A DNA stretch of 63,987 nt, the filler included, from Vezdaea acicularis (taxonomy: Eukaryota): the NCBI GenBank assembly GCA_026025075.1. It is 4 parts of 4 records of this genome, joined end to end, with 100 filler letters (N's around TTAATTAATTAA, not from the genome) between each part and the next. Parts side by side here need not be neighbours in the genome. Positions count along the whole stretch, not along the records: positions 19,482 to 38,687 come from JAPEUI010000203.1; 3 more parts are not named here. One strand, 5' to 3'. Positions 26,488 through 37,450 of this stretch are shown one piece after another. Within the stretch, counting starts at the first letter, position 1; the number at the start of each line of letters is the position of its first letter. The position numbers and the translations under genes are program-made. The notes under the pieces were generated by a model. It was given only the letters and a program-made list of their open reading frames with translations, did not search any database and was not told the origin of the DNA.

Positions 26488-26900
26488 CTATCCAAGAATA
26501 TGGCTCTGAGTTTGTGAACCTATCTTGCTTCCTTTGTCGTCATGTTCAGTGTGACGAACGCTTGAATCATCACGCCTTTGATAGAAGGTTTGATTGGTGT
26601 CTCCATAAGGTGACATCCTTTCGACAGCTCCAATGTTCTGATATGGCTGATCACGCATCGTTTCTTGGTGCCAGCGCTGCATCATAACGCTCGCTGGGTC
26701 TTGCACATGCTCATCTACAGGCTTAGGGCTAGCTTCTCGCTGAGCTTCTTTGCCCTTGATCCATTCACGTTGCACACTAGTATACATCGTGCAATTGCTT
26801 TGGCCTTCCTGTGGATATGACACCTTTCAAATGCTAGTTAGCTTAAGAAGCATGCAAACGAAAGGGCACTGGGTACAACACATACCTCTTGCTGCGGCAT
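26488..26900 (-). CDS. Small hypothetical protein (~116 aa)
   Basis: ATG 26900, 15-nt exon (MPQQE), canonical intron 26885-26824 (GTATGT...GCTAAC...AAG), in frame with the 26823-26488 ORF. Confidence 0.6.
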
Positions 26901-27842
26901 CTTGATACTATTTCTTTTCAATTTGCTCGACAGATCGGATTTGAGCATCGTAGTTCTAGACTATAGCTAAAAATTTCTGGAAACCTATCAATTATTGGCG
27001 CTGAAAGCATAATTATAGGGTTTCAGTAACTACCGTTGAACCTTTGAAGGCAGAAAGCTGAAGTTGATATACGTTTGTCTGCTGTCTAGCTTGTTTATGT
27101 GCCTCTGAGAATATCCATTCCAAAAAGAGCAGGGCCCATTTATACAGGAATTTGTCGGGGGGACCATCGCTGGTACTTTTGGGAACTCTTTCGGGCGACG
27201 CGTGAGATGCCATGTTTGCACTAACAAGGCTGTCATCTGAAACCACGCAGATACGGTCATGGAAGGATTGATCAGTGAACAGTAAATGAAATCAAGTTCT
27301 TTCGAAGGTCTTTTTGAGATCTTTTGAATGAACTTTCCGATTGGCGACCAAGCATTCTGAAAGCTCATAGACAGGGCTAGATCAATCGACCTAGCTCAAT
27401 GCATACGTGTTGCATCGGACCCCTGTACTGTTAAAATCCTGCCTGCTGTAGCAAGTGGATTTGTGTCACATCCAACCATTGCCGGTGAGGCTCTTTCGAG
27501 GAACTTTTGGGGGTAATCTTTCTGCCTTCTCGATCCTGAGGGCGCGGTAAGCGAACCTTGGTGCGTGGGGCCAAATGGGAACTTTTGAGGACAAAGGATC
27601 AACTTATTATTGCAGACTAGGGTCCCCCTGCGCACTAAAATTTCAGCCAAACGAGAAGCTCTACTGTAGGCTAGCATAATCTACACTCATCTGCCACTAA
27701 CCGGAAAAGTACCATCTGCACGGGTTTTTCACTAGCATCAGTTATCAATAAGCTCTTACGGGATTTTCAATTTGACCTGAGATATAAATGTGAACACTCC
27801 AGTTCAGATATCTTTGCTCCCAGAGGAAAATCATCAATCAAA

Positions 27843-30014
27843 ATGTTACCTCGTGCACCTCCGGAATCACAGCAGGATGTTCGCGTGCACAGCACTAAAG
27901 ATAGCTGGCTAAGCGGTCAGCGCACTGCACACACCACTTTTGCGCCTTCCCCGAGCTCCAACATGTGGGCCGATGGCATCGGGGATCAATCTCCTCTATA
28001 TCATCAGCAAGTCTCTTCATGTCAAATCCAGCCTATGCATTATCATACTATGGCCAATGTATGGTCCGGAAGTCCCGATTTTTTGAGTGAATTCACCATA
28101 CCAGTGGCACCTACAATGTCTTTGGCCTCTATTACAGAATCGGCTCTTCAGTCTTTGCAACATAGTCCAGCTGCGGATAAACCTCAGCGTCCAGCATCAG
28201 GCACGAAATTAAACCGGCCGCGACGAAAGCAACTAAATTCGCGGCACCCTCAATATACGGCAGCAGAGTGGGACAGCTACCGCTCGAAGATCAAGGAACT
28301 TTACATTGATCAAAATGCATCGCTTGAAACGACAATGGAGTCCTTGTCACAGTCTGGTTTCAGTCCTTCGTAGGTCTCCTTGTGCTCTTTCAATTTAATC
28401 TAGACTAGACTACTGACTATTGGAGAAGCAAAAAAATGTATAAAGTCAAGTTCAAGGAATGGGGATGGTCGAAAAATTTGCCCAAGGATAGAGCTCAGTG
28501 GATGCTTAACAGGGCTGAACAGAGAAAACGTCAGTACCCAGAAGGAAGAGATCTAATCTTTGAATTTGGAGAACAATCATGGACAGTAGAGAGGGTCCGA
28601 AAGAGCATTCGAAGAGCAAAAATTGCTGAAGATGAAATTGTTGCTTTAGGTATGTTGCTCGTGATAGTTATTTTGTTTCGCTGATAATTCAATAGATGCG
28701 CCCACCCCATATGACATAACCTACAAACTGTCTCATCATGTCTCCCAATCACCACGCAACGTGCATTCTCCCAATGGGTCTGATGTTCTTGCCGGAAGAT
28801 GGACGCCTGCGCCATCTTCAGGCAAATCTCAACTCCATTTTCTTCAATCGAACTGGAACGGTCACACGCTGGCAGAGATTGAAGCTATCAAGCGTGAGGC
28901 TCATCGGCTCGACTGCGAACGTGATGATGAAAATGCCGAGAAAAGGTATCGCGAAGCTTTGGCTGGCTTCGAAAATCTGCTCTCGCCGACTCACGAGAAC
29001 ACAAACGCTGTCGCGTATCAATTGTCAATTTTCTACGCCGAACATGATCGTATGGATGACGCTGATCTAGTTCTTAATTGGATGGGCGAAAAGCATGTGG
29101 AACGCTGGGGTCTCGACCATCAGAAGACCATGACACATTTCCTCCGTGTAGCAGAGCTGTTCAATAGCTGGTCTCGCAACGACGAGGCAATAGCATTTTT
29201 GTATCGGGTTCTTGATGCCTGGGATAAACACATTTCCGTGAGTACAAGCGATAACACCACACTGAACCGCAAGCCACCTCAAGTAGCTCAGCCTCAAGTT
29301 GCCTCGCCGCAAATAACCGTTCGACAATCTGAACCTAGAGACATGACTAGAGCTTTCACAGAGACAGACAACCCTACGAGAGTAGATTACCAATTAGGCC
29401 TTGCAAAGGCGCACATTACAACCAAAGACAAGACAACTGAACCGCTACTCCTCCGCTTGATTGAGCAATGCAAAAAATACCCAGGAAAGTTGAACTCGCA
29501 GATATTGCAAGCCAGGTGCGAGCTTGTGAATCTCTATCAGCAACTCGAAGATGACGAAAAAGTGGCCAACGCTCTAGAGCAAGCACGAAAAGACTTGGAG
29601 ATGATATTAGAGTCGACTGTCAAGAAAACCGAGCCTTTACTGGAGGCGTGTGTCAAAATAGTGAAGCTACATGTTAAGAACGACTATTGCCAGGCTGCTG
29701 AAAACATGTTCCAGAGGATCGGAGGCGAAGCAGAAGATACTCTAGGGACAGACCACGAAGCCACAATTAGAATTCTAATCCGCATTGGTAAATTCTATCA
29801 AGGTGAGAACATGTGGACTAATGCACAGCCTTGGTTCGAACGAGCGCTTGCAGCCTCAATGACAGCTAATGGACTGGAAGATGCAATGACGAAGAGGCTT
29901 GAGGCAGCTCTTGAAAACCAGCATTACACTGTGACCGCACTAACGCACGAGGAGCTGGAGTCATTTGTCGGCTCTGACACATTTCTTGAAATACGTTGCC
30001 CTGGAGATGATTGA
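27843..30014 (+). CDS. Clr5-domain protein with C-terminal TPR-like helical repeats
   Basis: Clr5 motif EWDSYRSKIKELYIDQNASLETTM...GFSPS|KKMYKVKFKEWGWSKN across an intron. The third exon has TPR-like AEKRYREALAGFENLLSPTHENT and LGTDHEAT...AQPWFERALA. Confidence 0.85.
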
Positions 30015-30605
30015 GAAGCTCAATGATGTTGTTGATGTGTCCGGCACTAGCCAGGCCCTTTTCTTCATGATGATTGAACTCGGAGCCGTATTTTACGCTG
30101 AGATATGTTGTGCAGTGATAGGTAATAGTTTTAGAGATCTATATTATAGTGTAAGCGGCATCAATACATGCAAGTCAGACTGACAGCGCCTCAATTTCCC
30201 GTTACCGGCAATTTTGCTCCCTCACCACGATCTTATTCAGACTAAAGACGTTCTATAAAAGGAAAGAAGTAAGGGCGAGAGTGAGTGATAGTCAGTCATC
30301 ACTTGCCAAACTCTCAGCACGCTAGTCCCAAATGAATTGACCGCCGTAAAGATTGCAACAGAGACTACGTGAGATTTTTATATGCCCATCTTAATTAAGT
30401 GAAGATCGACATATCTTGGACCAGACTTGTTGACTCAAGTAGTTCAGCCTATTAGTCCAGTCTAGCTAAATGACTTGTTGACTACTGATAGCCTTGTTGG
30501 TAACAGCCTTCTTTTGTCTATAGATAATAGGCGTAGTCGTAGAAACAGTTTAGACCCTGCGCTAGCTATTCCCAATCATCAATCTAGTGCGAGCGCTCCA
30601 GCTTT

Positions 30606-31351
30606 TTAAAGCCTGATGGCATCATACACATTCGCCTTCTCATGCCTCATCGCCCACCAGCCAATTCCAGCAGCCCCCACGGACAATATGAAGAAAGGCA
30701 CGAGCATCCACCGAGCAGCGGTTTCCAACTCACACTGCTTGCGGAAATCTCCTCTAACCGGCGCCAGATCGCACGTCCAGGTTTCCAAATCGAAAGTTCC
30801 GTCGGCATAAGGTCCATACCAGAGCGCGAATGCATCCCAGTCTTCAGGATGGAAGTATGCAGGGCGCGCATGTATGATAAAGATGGCCAAAAGTGACGCT
30901 ACTGACAGGATAGCGGTGAAAGTAAGAGTTGCTGGAAGCGCATATATTGGTGTGATTTCGTACGTCTGCGGCACGCCAGCGGCCGAAACACTAGATAATA
31001 AGTCTTCATTGTGGAATATCTATACCATTTTCCATTCGGCCGTAAGCAAATTGTGAAGAGCAACACCGTAGCACCGACGATCAAGGATATGATAGATATC
31101 GTACGAACAAGATGAGATCTTCAGTATTCAGATATGTCGGCAGATCACGGACCTCCCCATTACTGTCAGAAAGGAAGTTGCTGCTTGTGGCTTGAAGCGC
31201 TAAGACAACGATAGAACGAGCCGTCGTTGTCGAGAGCAATGTCGTAAATATCCTCACTGGCAGGCTTTATAGAAGACTGCGCGGTCCTTTGCGACCCCGT
31301 AAGCTTCTTCGGGTTTGCTGAGGAAGACAGTGAGGCTTTTCTAGGTGCCAT
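30606..31351 (-). pseudogene. Probably disrupted small membrane-protein gene
   Basis: The 3' part has hydrophobic helices and GTFDLETWTC...KQCELETAARWML. Upstream of 30974 the frame contains an in-frame TAG and hydrophobic segments shift frame; no convincing intron rescues it. Confidence 0.4.
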
Positions 31352-31872
31352 ATTGCTTGGAATTGTGGTGAGGGAATTTATGTGAAGATAGCAAGATGAG
31401 GAAGGGGAGACGTGTGCCTTCTTATAACTGTCTTCAGCCAAAGGATTCGACCTTACGCAACACAAGAGAATGTCATATGCCATCAGGTGAGGCTATGTAT
31501 CCTGGTCCTACCCTTGCCCTCCTTCAGCTTGCGACGACAAGGCCTCCCGGTTGTATGATCCACGATCTGTAGGATTGGATGGCGATGCATGCTGGGGATG
31601 TATCCCTTGAAGTTCTGATGCCACGCGTCTTCAACTCCGATGCACGCATAGTCATAGCAAGTTCCGCTGCTGCGCTATTGCAAGAGCAGTCGCTCTTTGG
31701 CTTATATTGGAGGCATGAAAGCAATTTTGACTCGCCGACAACTCAGCAGTCCACCGGAGAGATGGTCAGTCTCCCTCGCCCCCTGACGAGAGCTCCCAAG
31801 CTTAGGCGAGGCATACACTGTGGCCTGCGACTTGAGGGCAAAGAAGCTAGGGGCCCAATTGCGTGCAGCCGT

Positions 31873-33143
31873 TTAGTTGGCTCTGGTGCATAGCACTAGC
31901 AATGCCACAGACGACTCGTCCACGGTTCCAATATCTTTTGCTGGCTCATATGCAGGTTCCGCAGGTGCCTCGTCCACAGTTTCCGTTTCCTCTGTTAATT
32001 CATAGGCAGATTCTGCGAGCGCCGCATCTACGTTTCTGATTCCCTCTGCTGGCTCATATGCAGGTTCCGCAGGTGTCTCGTCCACAGTTTCCGTTTCCTC
32101 TGTTAATTCATACGCAGGTTCCGCGAGCGCCTCATCTACGGTTCTGATTCCCTCTGCTGGCTCATATGCAGATTCCGCAGGTGCCTCGTCCACAGGTCCC
32201 CTTTCCTCTGTTAATTCATATGCAGATTCTGCGAGCGCCTTGTCCACGGGGTCAATCTCTTTTGTTTGTTCTTCTGTAGGCTCCTCTAACATGTTACCAA
32301 ACGACTTCTTATATCCTTGCATTGTAAGTGGCACACCATAAGGATATGAGCATGAGCTGCCACTTCCACGAATCCAGCCAAATGTATCCGAATGATCGTG
32401 GAAGCGACAAGCCCCTCCTAATTTAATAGACGATGCGTCCGCCTGACCTTTTTGGATATGCTGAAAATAGTCCCACCCAAGGTCTGGAAAATCGTAAAAG
32501 ACCTTCTCCCATTCAGCCCAGTGCTCAGTTGGTTTATTTCGTCTTGACCAAGACAGACTGCTGCTGCCATAGTTGACTGCAAACCCTAAAGAGAACATCT
32601 GCCGTAGGGTTGTACCAGCTGGAACACTGCTATAAACTGCTGTAATAATCTCTGGTGTAACTCTCCACCGGTTATCACTCAAAGCTGTCCGTAGAACATC
32701 GGAGGTCTGGTTCTTAAGATAACAAATGTGATATTTCTCGGCGAAGATAGCTAGATCAATGACAGATTCAATGTCAAAAATAGGTATGCATGGTTCAAGA
32801 GCATGAAGCCAGATGAAGAAGTTGGCAAACGTTACTGGCTTTTCCTCAGGCAGCTTGATGGTTCTCTCGATGGATTCTTTAAACGGCGGGTGGCACATCG
32901 TTTTAAAAACTGAAGAATGCTGTATCAAGAGTTCTTGTGGCACTTGAAAGGACATTTGTGCGGATCCAATAAGGACTGTAAAGCGATCACTTTGCATTGC
33001 CCTATTCAAGTCACTCAGGAAGAACGAAGGATTAACTCTTAGATTACTAACTTGACGTAGATGCATCGTCGTATCTCTGATTCAGACAATACTACAACCG
33101 TGTCAGGAACAGCTTGTAAAGCTTTCTTCTTCTTCTTGTTCAT
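31873..33143 (-). CDS. BTB/POZ-domain protein with acidic repeat tail
   Basis: FTVLIG...FQVPQELLIQHSSVFKTM...FKESIERTIKLPEEKPVTFANFFIWL...LAIFAEKY...LKN; CRFHDH. A short first exon from ATG 33143 joins through a GTTAGT...TAG intron. Confidence 0.88.
31915..32250 (-). repeat. 54-bp (18-aa) coding repeat, alternating A/B units forming a 108-bp dimer x3
   Basis: (T/P)VDEALAESAYELTEETE alternates with TVDEAPAEPAYEPAEGIR; DNA match at 108-bp offset (31973 vs 32081). Confidence 0.9.
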
Positions 33144-33792
33144 TGTGCCAAAGGTTATATCTTAAGTTTACTTGACGAAGAGAATAAGGTGCATGTCTTA
33201 TAACAATGATGAAATGGAAAGGTCAGCAAGGCGTAGAGGCTGCTAAATCCTGTGTCGCATATCTAGGGCCTTAAGGCTTGTGACCGGCAAAATAGTTACT
33301 CCAGAACCGGCATTCTTGCAGCATATAAAGAGATCCAAAGTGTGAGTAGATTGTAGCAGCCCCACTTTCAAGGAGCCGTTTCTTTGCGCTGAGAGATTGC
33401 CACCAGGAGTGGCGTTTTTGGCACTCAACCGTCAGGCTCACTATCTCTTTTGATCATGCCGCATTTTCCTGTAGCTGTTGGATTTAGAAGCATCATCGCC
33501 GCCAATTGCACCGCCTCTGCAGCAATTGAAAGTTTTCATTCCAGTCTACATCAGCCTTCCTTTTCAAGGCAGCATCCTAAGTTATCCCCTTTTATGTAAT
33601 CACTTATCAAGCTTGTAGCCATTCAAGACCTTGGTTGACGCGAGGATAAGCTACGGCTTAACCGACAGCGAGCAAACACTAGATCAGCGCCAATGTCTAA
33701 GTCTTAGTTGCACTCTCAACAACAGAATCGGCCCTTCCGTGTTCTATTCTCATCCTGGTACAGTACTACTACATCATAATTGGATTAATGCG

Positions 33793-34268
33793 ATGAGTCT
33801 ACAAGTCATCCAACGGGCCGTCAGCGGCATTGTGCTGAGTCCAGTGTTTCGAGTCAGCATCACAAATGTCCCCGCCGTGGTTCACAGATGGATTACCGCC
33901 AACCCAGGGCAAAGCGCTTTGCTAATCACTAACGGCATTCTGATCTTTACGCCGGCTGCTCTTACAGGCCCTCTCCTCGCAACGATGGGTTTTGGGGCTT
34001 CCGGCCCTGTTGCCGGTGAGGGATCATAGTTAACGTTTGTAGTAAGATCGAGACTAAATTTTGTCGCGTCGCACTAGGCACTATCGCGGCTTGGCTTCAG
34101 TCGATACTAGGAAATGTCGGCGCACATAGCGTATTTGCATATTTACAGAGTGCGGCGATGGGAGGATATGGGGTTGGTACAGTTAATGGGATTGTACAAG
34201 CTTGGGGAATGATTTCGGGAGCCGCTGTTGCGGTGTACCCTAGCCTAGGAGGCCATAGTGTGGTATAG
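33793..34268 (+). CDS. Small Gly/Ala-rich membrane protein, IFI6/IFI27 (ISG12)-like motif
   Basis: Intron 34016-34077; the spliced product has MGFGASGPVAGTIAAWLQSILGNVGAHSVFAYLQSAAMGGYG. Confidence 0.75.
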
Positions 34269-34859
34269 ATCAGCATTTATCAAGTCCTTCTATGTTACTC
34301 ACATCCCTCAAACCGATGTCAGGCTGCTCAAAGAACTTAGACTGGCAAAACTCATGAACAGTCATGAAGCAGTGAGAAAAGGCGATGTAGCGTGGGCATC
34401 CAAGTAATTATTTCAAAAGCGTGGATATCTGAGTAATCTGCCGTTGATTTTTTGACATCTTGGAGTGGTTCGTTTCAGCCCCAAGGGTGGGGCAATATCG
34501 CCGTCGCCAACTGTAGATCTGCAATCATTATCGCTTGATATCCCCTCATTCTAGAATACACATGTTTGTTTGAGAAACTCCATTAGTAGATAGTGAAGAA
34601 AGCAGTTGATGGTAAAAATAGCAGCCGGTTACAAACACAAAGCATTTCGCTGTGGCAGCTTGTCTTGCGTCCCTTTGTCCTGCGGCTATTCATCCTAGGA
34701 CAGCCATTTGCTTTGCTGTTGCTGCTTGCTGCGGAGTTGATTGCTATACCCGGCTGCTTCTGCCTTCTCTTCCTTGTTTAATGTCCATGCTTAGTGTGAC
34801 ACCAGCTTGACCGGCTGCCACAGTGCTGGCTGCTGGTGCTGCCCCAGCTGCTTGTTCTG

Positions 34860-35135
34860 TCAGGCAGCTTGTCCTGCACCAACTGCCCGTTCTGTGCTGG
34901 CTATTTGTTCTGCGCCACCTCCTTGTTCTGTGCCGGCTGCTCACCCTACACTAGCCCTTCATTCTGTGCCGGCTGCTCTTTTTGCACTAGCTCCTCGTTC
35001 TGTACTAGCTGCTTGTTCTTTACCAGCTCCTCATTCTCTGCCAGCTGCTCGTCCTGCGCCAGCTCCTCATCCTCTACCGGCTGCCCATCCTGCATCAGCT
35101 GTTCGTCCTGTGCTGGCTATTCATCCTGCTGGCTT
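34860..35135 (-). pseudogene. Degenerate 18-bp coding repeat (Q-D/N-E-Q/E-L/P-A/V)n with RIP-like stops
   Basis: About 15 hexapeptide units; three in-frame TAG codons fall at CAG (Gln) positions, and many GAC>AAC, GAG>AAG and CTG>CTA changes are present. Confidence 0.6.
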
Positions 35136-36729
35136 TGCGAAAGCAGTTTTTTGTGTAGTTTCTCGCTTTCCTCTGTTCGATGTTGAATGGCCGATTGCTT
35201 GCGTGATACTCACCCATTGCTGTTGTGTGTGAAATACGAGGTATGGCGCCGCAGAGCTAGAAATTTGAGAGGAGGGAGAAGCGTCCTTTTATAGACGATC
35301 GAGACATTGGGAGGCACTACCAATGTCAATGTTGGCTCAGGAGCCGCGGGAAAGACATGCCTGCAACTTCATTCTCCTCGCTGTTGCTTTCCTTCAGCTC
35401 CAACAAATTGCGAAGCTTGCATAAATTGTATACCCTTTGTTGCAGGTTTAACCTCTCGCAAAGCTGTCCACCATGCCTCTATACGCTTTGACCACCATTC
35501 TTCAAAACTATCAATAGTCTACTTTTTACGCTGGTAAGTCCTGATCCCGTCTTGTTTAGCATGATCAACGTGTTGATCATACTCAACAGGAAGGGGAGAG
35601 AGCGGTCTCTGCCGCAATTGTAGACGAGAATGTGATGACAGTTGAGAGATATTGCGATGCAAGTTTCAACGTCTACAAATTGCTGCCCTCATTGTCATAA
35701 ACCCTCCGCCATCCATCGCCACTGTTATAAGCCTTGCCGATCCGTCTTGTCATGGCCGTTCTATTAATTTACCGGAGAATCTTGAGCACTAGTGCAACAG
35801 GGAGAAATGGAGCACAGCCACGTCAACAATACTTGCCATATAGTGAAATCAAAGCAGACACGCAAGACGGAACACCATTGCTATAATGTTCCTGCTCATC
35901 GATTGGATCGGAACAGGTGATGGCCGGTTGATGAAATAGGAAGGCCGCTGTCTCTTCTTGATTTGTGACACCAATGCAGAAAGGAACTTGAAGCTGAACG
36001 CCAATTTCCACTACCCCATCTTCAGTAAAGATGAGTTGTGACAATAAAAGGACAGAGTCGATACAAGATATATGATCTGTGGCTCCAAGGAGAACTCCTC
36101 TGAACCACCACAGCAGTTGAATAGCTATCATCAATCAAGAACGGATGTGCAAGACCAAGAGGTGATATGACGATTTGAAGTAGTCAATCACACGGCTTTG
36201 GAGCGTCTTGTCCTGCCCCCAGTCTATTTAAAACTGTTCCAAGGGCAATAATGACACGATCCGTAATACGACATGAATCTAGGACTCAAAAGGTAACCAA
36301 TGCTTTACTGCATAGCCCGTAGATTCTACAGAAAGAGGGATCGTGAGCCAATAGAGTGGCAAAAATGGCATTAGACTTATCACAACTCAGCTTGTTGCGC
36401 CAGGCGCCTTCCGGGTGAAGCGTCAATGCACAACGTTGTCCATTGAGGATGTGACTATTTCCTCGATCTCCAAAGGAATGCTTGATCGTCGGTCAACATG
36501 GAGGGGCTATTAGTGGAGGCGGAGTTGAGACATGGCGGCAGCGCAGTGCGTCAGGCAGCTTCCAGGCGCGTCCATCGATCTAAAAAGTGAAATGATCACG
36601 GTAATCGAAGTTGTGGATGGTAAAGAGCGAGGGTAATAGAGAACGTTGAGGATTCTAGCTTGCAACAAGGGTTTGAAATAGAGCTGCCTTAGGCCACACA
36701 TTCAAGCCCTCGCTACCGGGACCCACTGG

Positions 36730-36972
36730 TCCTAGGAGAAAATTCCTGGGAAAGCACGGCTCCTAGGAGAAAGCTCCTAGGAGAGCACGGCTCCTAGGGA
36801 AGAAAGAGCCCTAGGAGAAGGTACCTGGGAGAGCACAGCTCCTAGGAGAAAGCTGCTGGGAGAGCCCATGTCCCAGGAGAGAAAGGGTCCTGGGAGCACG
36901 TGCCCTAGGAGAAAGTTCCTGGGAGAAGGTCCCTGGGAGAGCACGGCTCTTGGAAGGGTATTGGTCCCAGGA
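36730..36972 (+). repeat. Cluster of CCT(A/G)GGAGA short direct repeats interspersed with AGCACGGCT
   Basis: More than a dozen CCTAGGA/CCTGGGA motifs at irregular 12-21 bp spacing. Confidence 0.8.
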
Positions 36973-37249
36973 CCTTTGTTCCTGTCTTTATCGTCCCAAC
37001 TGACAGTAATAGGTGCGTATGTAACAGCCTTCTTCTTACTGGTAAACTCACTGTAGTGAGTCCCAGCCTAACACGTACAATGTGAAAATACGGTAGGGGC
37101 CCCACGTACGGTAAGAGTTCAGCTTGGACAGGCTCCAAGAACCTCTACATACATCATTGACCGGCTCTAAGAGACATGCCTGTGTAAGGCAGCAACGTCA
37201 TGTCAATTTAAGCAGAGCATTGCTGGTGAATGCTCAATAGTTGCTGAAC

Positions 37250-37450
37250 TTAGATATTGAGAATCGATGAATTTATTATCTCTTCTGCTCCGCTGCTCAT
37301 ATCACGGTGGTGGTTGGTAGTATCGGCCAGCAACTCTGTCGCTATGTTCATGTCTTCGTTGCGGACAATAATGCTATTTGCTTTGCAATGATTGAGCAGA
37401 AGCTTGACGACCGTCCTGTTCCTTCTAACAGCGGCGTGCGACAGCGGCGT
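37250..37450 (-). CDS. Terminal exon encoding an ankyrin repeat plus tail
   Basis: Directly after an AG at 37452-37451 the frame reads TPLSHAAVRRNRTVVKLLLNHCKAN...ILNI* (66 aa), matching the ankyrin consensus TPLxxAAxxGxxxVVKLLL. Confidence 0.65.
   Translation of the reverse strand, partial: TPLSHAAVRRNRTVVKLLLNHCKANSIIVRNEDMNIATELLADTTNHHRDMSSGAEEIINSSILNI

Noticed and set aside
34807..35232. Plus-strand Cys/Ser- or Pro/Ala-rich ORFs (metallothionein-like appearance)
   Set aside because: Reverse complement of the Gln/Glu hexapeptide repeat.
35550..36450. Possible decayed plus-strand coding sequence or transposon
   Set aside because: Short protein-like stretches broken by stops; no identifiable domain.
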